Shown: piece by piece, positions 25,601-37,600 of the stretch
How positions within the stretch are numbered: position 1 is the stretch's first letter
Layout: each line of letters begins with the position of its first letter
Origin: Takakia lepidozioides
Taxonomy: Eukaryota > Plantae > Bryophyta
Assembly: GCA_030704615.1 (NCBI GenBank)
Contig: CM060731.1
Coordinates: forward strand, 31,620,001 to 31,684,000
Direction of reading: 5' to 3'
Length of the DNA: 64,000 nucleotides
The notes under the pieces: model-generated
Seen by the model: only the letters and a program-made list of their open reading frames with translations
Database searches by the model: none
What the model was told of the DNA's origin: nothing
Program-made: the position numbers and the translations under genes

Positions 25601-28600
25601 AGGTCTGGTTATCCACTCCCCCAAGTTTCACTTTGCAGCCACTGCCTTGGACAGGTTGACTAAAGGTAAGGCGGCCTCCGTCCGCCTTCAGGCCAAATGC
25701 AAGCAAATACATCTGCGGCATCCCCCGACCAAAAAGTGGCTGTTTGACACCGTCGTCAGCCCTGCTACCATCTATGGTTGTGAGTTCTGGGCACCTGGTG
25801 TCCCTGTCTCCTGGTGGGAAAAGAATTTGGAACCATTACAGTCATCTTTTCTCCAAGCAATGCTTGGCGCCAGGAGCACAACTCCATCTCAGATCCTAGG
25901 TGCAGAGTTCGCATGTGTACCATTGCAATCCGAGGCCCTCTTCAGGCTTACAATCTTTCTCCATAGATTGCAGGCCCTTCCACCCAAAGGGCTAGTGGCA
26001 GGGCCCTCACAACATCTATGAGGCTCAAAGCTGCAGGTTTCAGGAACTCCTGGTATGCTCGAGTGGACAGTTTTATTTCAACGTAACGGACTTTCTACTG
26101 CTTTCCTATTACCAATGAACCCAGATGAGGTGGACATCACACATCCAGACATGACCGCAACAGACTCATTCGGAGAGAGCTTATGGAATTACATGTCAAG
26201 AGAACTTGGATGCTACCCAATCTCACGACAAAGCTCCACTTCTATCGAGAGAGACATTCTTGGTGCTCCGCGATGATAGAATCTTGAGACCAAATTACCT
26301 TTCAGCACCCTTATCTCCTTCCCTCTTGAGGGCATTGGGGCGTTCAGGGTGGGTTCCCACAACCTACGGATAGAGGGAGATGGGCTGCAACGGGAGGGGG
26401 CCCGAGCAAGGCAGCAGGGCTTTTATGAATTTGAAACTGAAGAACACTTCTTCTTCTACTGCCCTCTATACTACGAGATCCGTGGGAGATTCCACTGTTT
26501 ATTCAGTGGAACCCAAACTCTCACTGATGTCTTCCACTATGAGGATCAAAAATGCTTGGCAGCCTACCTACACGAGGCCTTCACCCTTAGACAATCGCTA
26601 GAACATTAATTGTGGTTTCTGGATTTGTTCCTCTCTCATGTTTTCTTCCATTTTGTCCCATAAGCTCTACGAGCTTTCCGCGGACGTTATAAAGCACCAT
26701 TTCATTCATTTCATTTCTCTCAGTTTCACTCAAACTGGGTGTGGGGTCAGTGGCCAGTAGGCTACACCAAACAATGTCTTATGAGTACATTCTCCTCTCT
26801 CTTATTGTTCTGCCCTGCACAGAACCCAGAGCGACAGGCACATGCCTTCCCAACGCATGTCATTTCTTTGGTAAATGCAGAGATATACAAACTAAAATAA
26901 AAGACTCTGCAACTGGTCTGTTGAGTTTGCATGCAGAAGTGCCTCTGTGTGCCCCTTAATGACAGTAACGGGATAATAAGTGTATACCTGCAGCTGAGCT
27001 GCGGCTCTAAGCTAAACCCTGGTGGGTGTGAACCCACAAAAGGCTCGGGGAGGGTTAGTTTCCTGCGGGGTTGATGGCCATAAGGCTATAGCAAGCCTAT
27101 GTTCGCAGGAAACGGCAGGGAACGGCATGAGTACATTCTCTCTTGTTGAGGAAACATCCCCAAGACTAGAAACTGACCTGTCTGTATCATCCAGCATGTA
27201 GAGACAGATAAACATTCTTTATCTCCTGTCCTATCTAATATGAGATCCTAAGCAAATACTTTTGTGATAAATTTTGTTCTTCCTTTCTGCCATAAGCTCG
27301 TGGACCTTCCCATGGACATTAGTGTCTTTCTTTCTGCTTGTGCTAGACAAGAGAGACAGGAGGAACATTTGTTTAGCTGTCGGCTCCACTATAAAATCCA
27401 GGGCCTGCCAATCCCTCAGTGAGTTTTTTTCAGATCAGATATGCCTGGTAGTATCTCTGCATGAGGCTCTCCAGCTTAGAAAATCTCTTGATGTGAAATT
27501 GTTATTTTCTGGCTGCTTGTTGAGGGCCCCACTTTCTTGTTTACTGCCCTATATTGTCATTTTAAGCTCTTTGAGCGTCCTGTTGACATGATAAAAATTT
27601 ATTTCATTCTCTCTCCTATCAGCTGTGCATGTAACAAAAATTTCTCTTCTCTACAATGTTTCTGATTAGGAAGGACTTGCCATTCATGAAACGAACACGT
27701 GTGTCTTGCAAATGCAGCTTTCGTACTTGATCCTCGGAAATTGTAGGGTAGAAACTTATTTCGTGTGGATGGATTGGTCGGGCTTCCTCAGGGAGCCGTT
27801 TCAGGCAGCTCACATATTTGGCCACTGCGGTCCAGTCTGCAGGCCCTAACTCCTCATCTTCTCCTAGCTCTCCAAATGCCTCCAATGCTCTACTGTGCAT
27901 CTCATACTTCACATACTCCAAAACCCGGGACTGCAGCCGCCAAAATGCAGCAAGTAAGAGAGGCAGAGGACCAGACCAAAAAAGAGAGAAATTTTTAGAC
28001 AACAATGCATACCAAACATAAATGATCATCAGAAAACAGGCAGGAAACCTGCAAATAAGGAAGAACCCATCGTGAGGGCAGGATGCCAGGCAAACTGTCC
28101 AACACTGGAAAGGGGTCAGATTAGCAAATGTAGCGCTTTAGATGGAAGGGGAATGGGAGCCTCTTCAACAGAGTTCAGGACTCAGTCAACCTACCTTCGT
28201 TTCTGAAGGATGGTCCATGTTAAGAAAGCGCAGAAGAAACTGGGTGGTGGAGCCATTGATGATAAGCGTCAAAACAACTACACCCCCTGTGAAAAACACA
28301 AACTGATGCATTCGGTTGCTTTAGAAGGTAAATCTTATCTCCTACCCTCCGATTGCTCAACACCCAATTCTAGGTCACATGCCAAGCTTACTATTTACCT
28401 CATCCTCTGAAGCCCAACTGCTGCATCAACCGAGGCGTTGCTGTCAAAAAGCTGTGAACATGAAGTAACAGCTCACAACTACTCGACAGTCTCACACTTG
28501 ACCAATAATTTTCCCGCATAACATTACAGACATATACGAGTTTAAAGAGATCACCATCCTATTCTATTTGAAGGCTATATGCTCCTAGGGATGCAACATC

Positions 28601-31600
28601 TTTTATGAGGAAGTGAGAGAAAATATGACAAGCGTGCTTAGGACATACCCGGGCTTCAGTGAGCTTGGAGATGTGATTGTCATTGCGGGAATTTTGCACC
28701 CCAACTTGCTGCAGATTAACCCGGCCCTACAATTCAGCTTGCTGCAACCTTTCTCAATAAACTCAAAATTTTGCTGTCATTTAAGTAATGGAATTTGTAA
28801 TTCATCTGCAAGAGCATCAAAGTGTATGGAGGTATATGAAGAGTGGAATTTACAAGTAGGATAGTCAGCAGGCCATGTGCAAAATCCTTACCAACCCCTC
28901 TTACACATCAAAAAGCTATGGACTGTTCACATAACCTCTACTCAACATCAATAAATGTTTTCAGAAGGTCTGAACATTGATACTTACAGAAACGGTCAAG
29001 GAAAGAGAGAGAGCAACGGCTCCTCGCAGGCCAGCCCATATTAGAATAGCAGCCTCCTTCCAAGTGAGGCCATAGCCAAAGAAGTTTAAACCCGGATAAA
29101 GAATCCCCACAACCACAACCCTGGACAGCTGTACACACAAATAGAGGAGTGCCAAGTATGCCCAGTCCCACCCTGCAACATTTGCCATACCCAAATTGTC
29201 TTGAAATGTAATATCCAGAACACATGTGGACCCAACCAACCTACTGGGCTTCCCAACTGTGACTTTCCATAGGCACATGTCTTCAAAAGCCAGGGCAGAA
29301 GCGCTTAGAAATGGCAGTGAGAAGGAACGGAAAAATATATTGGCTGTGGAGTGAGAGATAGTAAGCAGATTTGTGCCTACGCTTCTGTTCATTCTTGGTT
29401 TCCTCCTGTCAACAATATCAGGCTGGCACCCTTGTCTGGAATGGCTGCCATGAGGGTTTTAACTTATTGGCAGCCTGTTATGGTGGCCTAGGGAATCTCA
29501 CTAGGCAGTCAAATCACACGTTTTGGGTACACATTTTGTTTTTCTCTTAGGTTATATTATTCAATTCAGGAGTCTTGCCTGCGCATATACAAATTCAGAG
29601 GAAGGGAGGGAGTACCTTCAATTTTATCATGACTCCGAAGGATACTCTCCACAATGACCACCCCACTGCACCAAACCAAACAGCTCTGCTCAGACTCCTA
29701 ACCACCTTGTGATTAAAGGAGAGCTCATGCAAGAATAAATTGAGAAGCAGTATAACAACTATTTAAGGCACCTGGCATCCAACCTAAAGGGCTGCCCTCC
29801 AACAAACACACCATTGAGTTGCAAGAAGCTCCATGTAGGGAGCCAAAGTGCCCTTATAGAATTGGTTCAAACCTGAGAATAAATATGAGAGTGTTCGCAA
29901 TATAGGAAATCATCTCCCTGTTCCAAAATGCCACACACAGATGATTAGCTGCAAACTTCGAAGAAAAATATAAACACTTGATGACCATAAGGAGGAACCC
30001 ACCCACCACTGACTTCCATACAAAACACAGTTTTATAGAGAAACTCAACCAGGATCTGACTGAAGGAAGGAGCTTTCTCTTGTGCAAGAATGTTACCAGA
30101 AATGATGCATACTTTGTTGACTCTCACCAGTGAAAGCAGTCCTTCCAAATGCAGCAAATAATCTGCACAAGTTTTAAACACTTAGATGTCACCACCAATA
30201 TTACCCACCAAGGTCTCGGTCAACCACAAGAGCCGTGCACCCTAACCAATTTCCATATCCCTTACCACTGTACAGAAAGAACCAATACTCTCCAGTAACC
30301 ACATGAGTGATATGCCTCTTTGAGACTGCAAAAGGGAAGACCTAGTATAAACCTCAAAATGACCTAAGAATTTCCCCCAGGGTAGGGGCTGAAATGATAG
30401 CAATCTGGTGTTCGGCTGGTAGATAAAGAAGCTTACATGCCCACAGTCATAACTGTTAACACACCAGAAACCTCAGCTTCATCTTCAGCCTGCCCATTCA
30501 TTCGAGACATGGGGCCATAGATTTTGATCAGTACATTATAAGCTAAACATATTGCATGTGAAGATCCTGCAGAAAACCTGTGATCGGGTTATATTTAACC
30601 TTGCCCTACCAAAGACTGCAAGTAGTCCAGTACAGGTATTGAAGGTTGCACACCTCCCCTCGCAATGGTACTGCGAGATCCTAGAACATAGAATCCATTA
30701 CACCTATGGAGAGATGATGCAACATGAAGTTAGCATAAATAATAACCTCTTGCCCTTGCAGGTACTGCCCCATTTTGGGGGTTGGACCATTACACCCAAT
30801 ACATGGCCATTCTGTCAACAGACTAAAAATATGCTACATATGTACCAAACATTCCAGGCCATATGCAAAACCAGTACTCCTGCCTCCACAGTTTCGCATT
30901 AAAATCCAGGATTCTCACTTGCAAACACTACAAAGGAATAAAGGGGCACGTTGCCACAACACAAGCACAGGTGTCATCGTATTGACATCTTTTCTCCATG
31001 ACAGTCAGAAGCTGGAAACGAACCTCTCCAAATCCGGCTGTGTTATGATGTTTATGATCTGATGCATTCATAAAAGCATTGGAAAATACAAGAGGTGTAC
31101 ATACAAGGAAAAATGCCATGTAGCTAGCTGCCAAGGTGAGGGTGATTTCAATGACTGTGTCATTGAATACCACCCCTACCCACAAAAGGGAGGCGATCCC
31201 AAAAAGCAGTCCCACACCGACTCTGCAAACAATTTCGAACATGGCATATTAGATTTAAATGACCAGACAAAGGACATCATAATACGTCCTCTCCCACACC
31301 TACGGAGTCACTCAACATCATTGTACCGGTTAGTAGGTGACTATCTGATCATTTGCCAAGCAGAAATGAAATGAAATGAAATGAAATGGTGCTTTATAAC
31401 GTCCGCGGAAAGCTCATAGAGCTTATGGGACAAAATGGAAGAAAACATGAGAGAGGAACAAATCCAGAAACCACAATTAATGTTCTAGCGATTGTCTAAG
31501 GGTGAAGGCCTCGTGTAGGTAGGCTGCCAAGCATTTTTGATCCTCGTAGTGGAAGACATCAGTGAGAGTTTGGGTTCCACTGAATAAACAGTGGAATCTC

Positions 31601-34600
31601 CCACGGATCTCGTAGTATAGAGGGCAGTAGAAGAAGAAGTGTTCTTCAGTTTCAATTTCCTTGCTGCGCCCTATGCAAGCTGGACATAGGCGGTCCTCCC
31701 GTTGCAGGTTTTCCCATCTTCCAGTCTCTATGCGTAGGTTGTGGGAACCCACCCTGAACCGCCCCAATGCCCTCAGGAGGGAAGGAGATAAGGGTGCTGA
31801 AAGGTAATTTGGTCTCAAGATTCTATCATCGCGGAGCACTGTCCCATAGTCTTTGCAGAACTGTTCCAAAATTTTGAGATGGCGTTGCAGAAAGACCGGG
31901 GATTGTGCCAAAAGGGCAACATCATCAGCGTAGAGGAGATCTGATTGGGTTGGTCCCCCATCCAATGGTACCCCAACCCCATGGTTTTTTGATATGTAAT
32001 TCTCCAAGGCGTCAATGTAGATCCCGAACAGGGTAGGTGAAAGGGGGCAGCCCTGTTTGACTCCAATGTTGCTGTGGATCTCGGCTGAGAATTCACCAGC
32101 GACGTTGACCATGCCAGTGACAATCTCATACATAGAAGAGATGGCACAAAGGATGTCTGGAGGGACTTCCACTCTATGGAGCCATTGGAAGAGAAGGTCC
32201 CGAGGAACTGAATCAAAGGCTTTATGAAAGTCCACGAAGCAAACATAGACCATTCTTTTGTCATAGCGTGCACTTTCCACCATAACCTGAAGAGTGAAGA
32301 TGTGGTCAATAGTGGATCTGTTGCGACGGAAACCAGCCTGTCCCTCAGCACGAATGCGAGAGGACTCAGCCCAATCATCCAGTTCCATGGCCACTACTGC
32401 CCAAACAGTTTAGCAAGTAATGAGGACACCATGATAGTACGATAGTTTGTCGGTGCGAGCCTGTCACCGCTCTTGAAAAGTGGTGGATGATGCTCTTTGT
32501 CCACTCTGTTGGAAAGCCCCGTTGCACCACCTCATTGAAGAGGTTAGCTATAAAAGGGGCTAAAGCAGGAGCAGCAGGCTTGATGAATTCACTCTGAAGT
32601 CCTGAAATGTCCACTGCTCTGCCATTTTGCAGCTTCTTGATTGCCTTACTGACATTGGCCGTAGTAAAGAGAGAGAAGTGAAGGGGTTTAGAGGTTATAG
32701 GAGAAGGAGTTTGGGTTGGGGAATGGTACAAAGACTGTGCATACTCATGCCAGACGTGAATGTCAGTGATTGGGGGGGGTCTCTATGAGGTTTAAGGAGG
32801 GACCAAAAAGAACGAGGAGAAAATCTGATTTTAGCAAGGAAAGAAGATTGCAACTTGATAGTGTAGGCTTGCTTTTTGGATCTAATGAGGGACTTATAGT
32901 GCTTAAGTGCAAAGATTCGTGGACTCTGGAGAAGAATTGGTGTCAAGTAGTAAAGATTTGATGTGACGTCTAGCAGTCTTGCATTCCTCATCATAAAATG
33001 GTGCGTAACGACGAGTGGAGAAGGGTGAGGAGGTAGATGGAAGGGTGACGGGAAAGGATCGCAGGGCTGAGTCCCAAAGGGCTTGAGTAAGATGTGTAGC
33101 CTTGTCGTTAGGAGATGGTAGATGTAGAATGGAAGGGAGGGTTGACGCTAGGTATGTTTCATACTCGGCGTCGTGTAAGTGAGAGAAAGGGGTATTAAAG
33201 TGGATACGTGGGTGTAAGGGAAGAGAAGCAGAGGGAATCCTCACCGGAGGGAGATGGAAGGAAATGCAAAGGAATGGCAAGAGTGATCAGAATCCGGGTA
33301 CCTGGTGATGTAGAAGGAGCTTATTCTATCAGACTTGTTGGGGCTCCCCAAGAGATAGTCAACCACGCTTTGGCCCTTGTACGTGTGGCAAGTGAACTGG
33401 CTGGAGGATTTGAAGTTGGTTATTCCATTGTAAATGGCAAGCCCCTGAGTTTCACAAAACTTGAGTAGATGGTGACCATAGCTTGTGATTTCGCAAGAGG
33501 AATCTCTACTTTGCCTCTCCAATTCCGTATGCGAGCGTTGGATGTGTAGAGGATCCGTGTGGTCGAAGGTGGGGGCCTGTAGTGATCCTGTACGGGCGTT
33601 GGAATCTCCAACCAAGAAAATGTCCGTGTGTGGGGTACGGAGACGGGCCATATCGTCTTCCAATGGAACATATGGTGAATCTGTTCGAATATGTAGGCCA
33701 CTGTGCGGAGATGCAACCGGAGCAAAATAACATCCCGCCAGCAGGATGTTGTAGCCTTTAATGTGACACCAAATGTACCTTGCCAGTGGGTCTTTGTATG
33801 AGAAGGAGATAAGTGGGAGAAGCCAGTCAGCAAAGTAACAAGCCACACCTCCAGATCCTTTGAGACCTGTGCGTGGACGAATCGCTAACTGAACGCTATA
33901 ACCAAGAATAAAAGGGGGTCCTTTCCTTCATACGCATGGGTTTCCAAGAGAAAAAGAACATCACACTTGGAAAGAATATCTAGAAGCCCTTGGGGGTGGC
34001 TCCACAACGAGCCATTATAGTTCCATGAGCCAATGTGTAGATGTGAGCGTGCGTTGGTCTCATGGTGCCCCAACCCCTATTTAGAGCTAGAGGGGAGACG
34101 CTCGTGCTCCCGGACAATTACCCTCCCATCTCGGTACACGGCATAGTGCCCATGAGCTCGAGCTTGCTTAACCTGCAAGAGTTGCGCCCGCATGGCGTTG
34201 TATTGCAAAGGGATCAAGTCATCGTTGAGGTACATACCCTGACCTCTCAATTGAGGCCTCTGCCTGAGGACTCTATCCCGAGCACCCTTGTCCTTGAATC
34301 TAATGAAGAGGACTTTGTGCTCTGAAGATCCTCCACGCCAAGCCCTTTCAATGCCACTCGCGCCCCGTGGTAGAGCAAGGTTTTGCTGAATAAGGCTGGT
34401 GGTAGCGTCACGAGGGTCCCCCTCAGCAAGCCCCCCTAGCTTCCCAGTGACCCTGATGTTAAGGGCTTTGAAAGCCCGTTGCTGTTCCTCTCGCAAGGTA
34501 GCCGAGACTGTCTCCTCTAGAGAGTGAGGACTGTTGTTGGATGTGCTCCCCTTAACTATCTGCAGAGTCTCCTCCGAGATGCATTTCGTTTGTAAGATGG

Positions 34601-37600
34601 TGATTTGGTCCCGAAGCGTTTGAACATCAGCACTCCTTGTGGAGTACTGACGCAAAGGAGAGGCCTGTTGAGAAACAGGGGCAGGAAGAAGAAGTAGAGG
34701 GGAATCAGGTCGGCGTGAGGGAGACGGGTAGTCTGCCTCGTCGGCACCGTCTTTGGCGTTGGACGTCATGGTGTGGCGGCGCTAGCGCGCGCGCGCGTGG
34801 CGAGCGCCACGTGCTGCGAGCGCAGAGAGAAACGGGAGAGAGAAAGAGCTAGACAGACAAGAGGGAGAGAGTCATTGCAGAGAAAGCTACAAAAGATAAT
34901 GGCTGAGCCAGGGTTCAGACAATACATACGCCCCCAATGCGACACGGGGAAAAAAACGACTTGAGCAGTGTTGAAATGCTGGCCCAGTACCATTTTGAAG
35001 AAGAATACGAAAACCACAATCGCCGTTCTGCAGAATGCAGATTCCAAACCACACACAGCAAATGGAAAATATGTTCTGCTATGACTAACCACGTTCAAAC
35101 TCTCAACACCCACCAGCGATGTTACCCGCTCCCTTTGCTAGGGAGAATTGGAGCCCAGTTGCTGAGATATGTGGCTGAAATCTTCTGCCATTGTGTAAGT
35201 CTCTGATGAATCTCTCAGAACCTAGGTATAGCATAACTTAATTCTTCCATTGCCTATGCCACCTGCCCAACGTATAAAAGCCCCAGTGAAGGTAGCATAC
35301 ACCTGCACATACAAATTCTTTTCCTTTAGACAGAAGGAAAGATCATACAACACACCCATCATTCATCAAGGACTCCCCCTCGATAAGAGTGCTCAGTTTT
35401 TTGCTGGCGCCCAGCTCCTTCAACAAAGCCACTACTGCTACAGGATCTGTGGCACTGAGAAGGCCACCAAGTAGCAGCGAGGTGCTCCAATTCCATCCAT
35501 ATGGGAAAAGACGCTGTGCCCCAGCCAAATCAAGTCCACATAAATTTCCTAGAAGATCATTGAATGTCAAAAAAGATGCGAAAGATGGAACAAGAAAAAG
35601 ATTGATAGTCAATTGGCTAGTGATAGGGCAAACCCAACAGAGAAATTGCATGGACAGAACAGGGGAAACAGACTTTGTAAGGTGTCCAACTTGACCTCTT
35701 CTAGACTGCACATAGAATTGCGTAGCCTCATCAACCCCCTAGAACCAGCTTGTGATGTGGATTGAATGTAGGCTACCTTGAAGACTTCCAAAGGGGTCAT
35801 ATGAGAGAGCTTCAAGTCTGTTCCTACAAATTCCTTACTCCCCAAGCTTCTGACTTCTTGGAATTTGTCTAGCTTTGTAATGCTTCACATTATTCTGCAT
35901 TCCAGATGCTTCGTAACTGAATTGCAGTACCCTAAAGGATCATTATTGGCCACTCTTTCCTAGCACAGGGACTTTGTAGTGCAATTCAGGGTGCTGACCA
36001 AAGAGAGGAGAAGAGAGTGACAATAAGGAAGAGGCAGAGAGATATTTGATTCTGCAAGAAGATGAGATAAATAGATAAATGCAACCACAGCCACACTCAC
36101 CTGGTTGACCATGCCAAGAAACAATGTTGATATCACTACACCTGGGCCGGCAAGTAGCACCATCTGCATAAGGCATCTCTGTGGCACTCCAAGGACAGAC
36201 CCAACCGCCAAAGCTGTAAGCAATTTGAACCTACAAAATCCCAAGGATTTACAGCCCCTACAAACCCTGATAAAATTCACCCAACATAAATTTCATCACA
36301 GAGAGAAAGAGATCTATTTTCACATGTCTACATGCAAGACACAAGATGCAAAGGCAACAGACTGAGAAACAAACAACAACCATTGCACCTACCAGTCGGA
36401 GTATTTTTCAGGATAAACCCCAAAAGAAATGAAATGAAATGGTACTTAAAAATCTCAAGCAAAAAAAAAAAAAGAAGAAGAAGAAGCAAGAAAAGAAAAA
36501 AAACCATATCTCATGTTATAATGTCCGCGGAAAGCTCAAAGAGCAAAAAAAGAAGAAAGAAAGAAAGCAAGAAGAAGAAAAAAAAAACCATGATCTCATA
36601 AGACATTGTCTGCCACAGCCTCGTGGCCATTGACCCCACACCCAGTTAGGGCAGAACTAAAAGAGAGAGACAAATGAAATGAGAGAAAAGGAAACTTATT
36701 ACACATACAAGGCCTGAAAGGACTACAGGACCATAGCAAATTAAAAGAAAGACTTTACAAGGTCGACAGGAAATGAGACACAGAGAAGGACTCCCAGTTA
36801 AGTAGCATTGAGCTGACTACCTTTATCTGGTGAACCTCCATGGCAAAGGAACTCTCAAAGAGAAGTGCCGGCAAAAAAATGAAAAGGATGAGATTTGGAT
36901 TCATTCTGTACCCTGAATCAAACAAACAGAAGAGTTTTGTCAGCACCCCACACATTTCGAGACCTCCATAACCTCTGCTCCATGTGCATAGGCTTCCATA
37001 AAAGAGATGCAAGTGCAAGTAGTGCTGCAGGTTGCCTGGATCTCATGATCGAAGCTTTTTTAGTATGGGATGATGACTCCGATTACGATTGAAGCTATAA
37101 CTCAAAATAGTTTCTCCTGCCTTCAAAACTCTCTCACTTTGACATCCTGATGCTTGTCCCAAACTGATCGGCTCATTCACCGTCATGCTTGCTAGCTATG
37201 CATTGAAGATGAGTGCAAGTCATCGAGGAGAGGGGAGTGGAGAGGAAAGATACATAACAGACTGTGCCTGGCCATGCCAAGCTGCCACGAGGACAAGGAG
37301 AGAGAGTGAGAGGAAAAATGTACTCATGCTGTTTCCTGCAAATGTTGGCTTGCCATAGCCTTACGGCCATCGACCCTTGGGAAGAGAGAGTGAGAGGGAG
37401 AAGAGAAGGAAGAAACACCTTTCTTTACATCCGTGTGAGAGGGAGGGGCTTACACAAGCGAATGCTGTCACCTAATGTACCAAGGCCCCGTTTGGTTCCG
37501 TACTCTACAAATTGACCAGCACAACCACCACCCAGGTCACTGAATCAGATTACCAATCACTTCAAAAGCAAGAATGACAATCATAATCTCAGTGTGCCCC

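Noticed and set aside
36332-36633. Lys/Arg-rich ORFs
   Set aside because: Translation of A/G-rich simple sequence and LINE tail debris.
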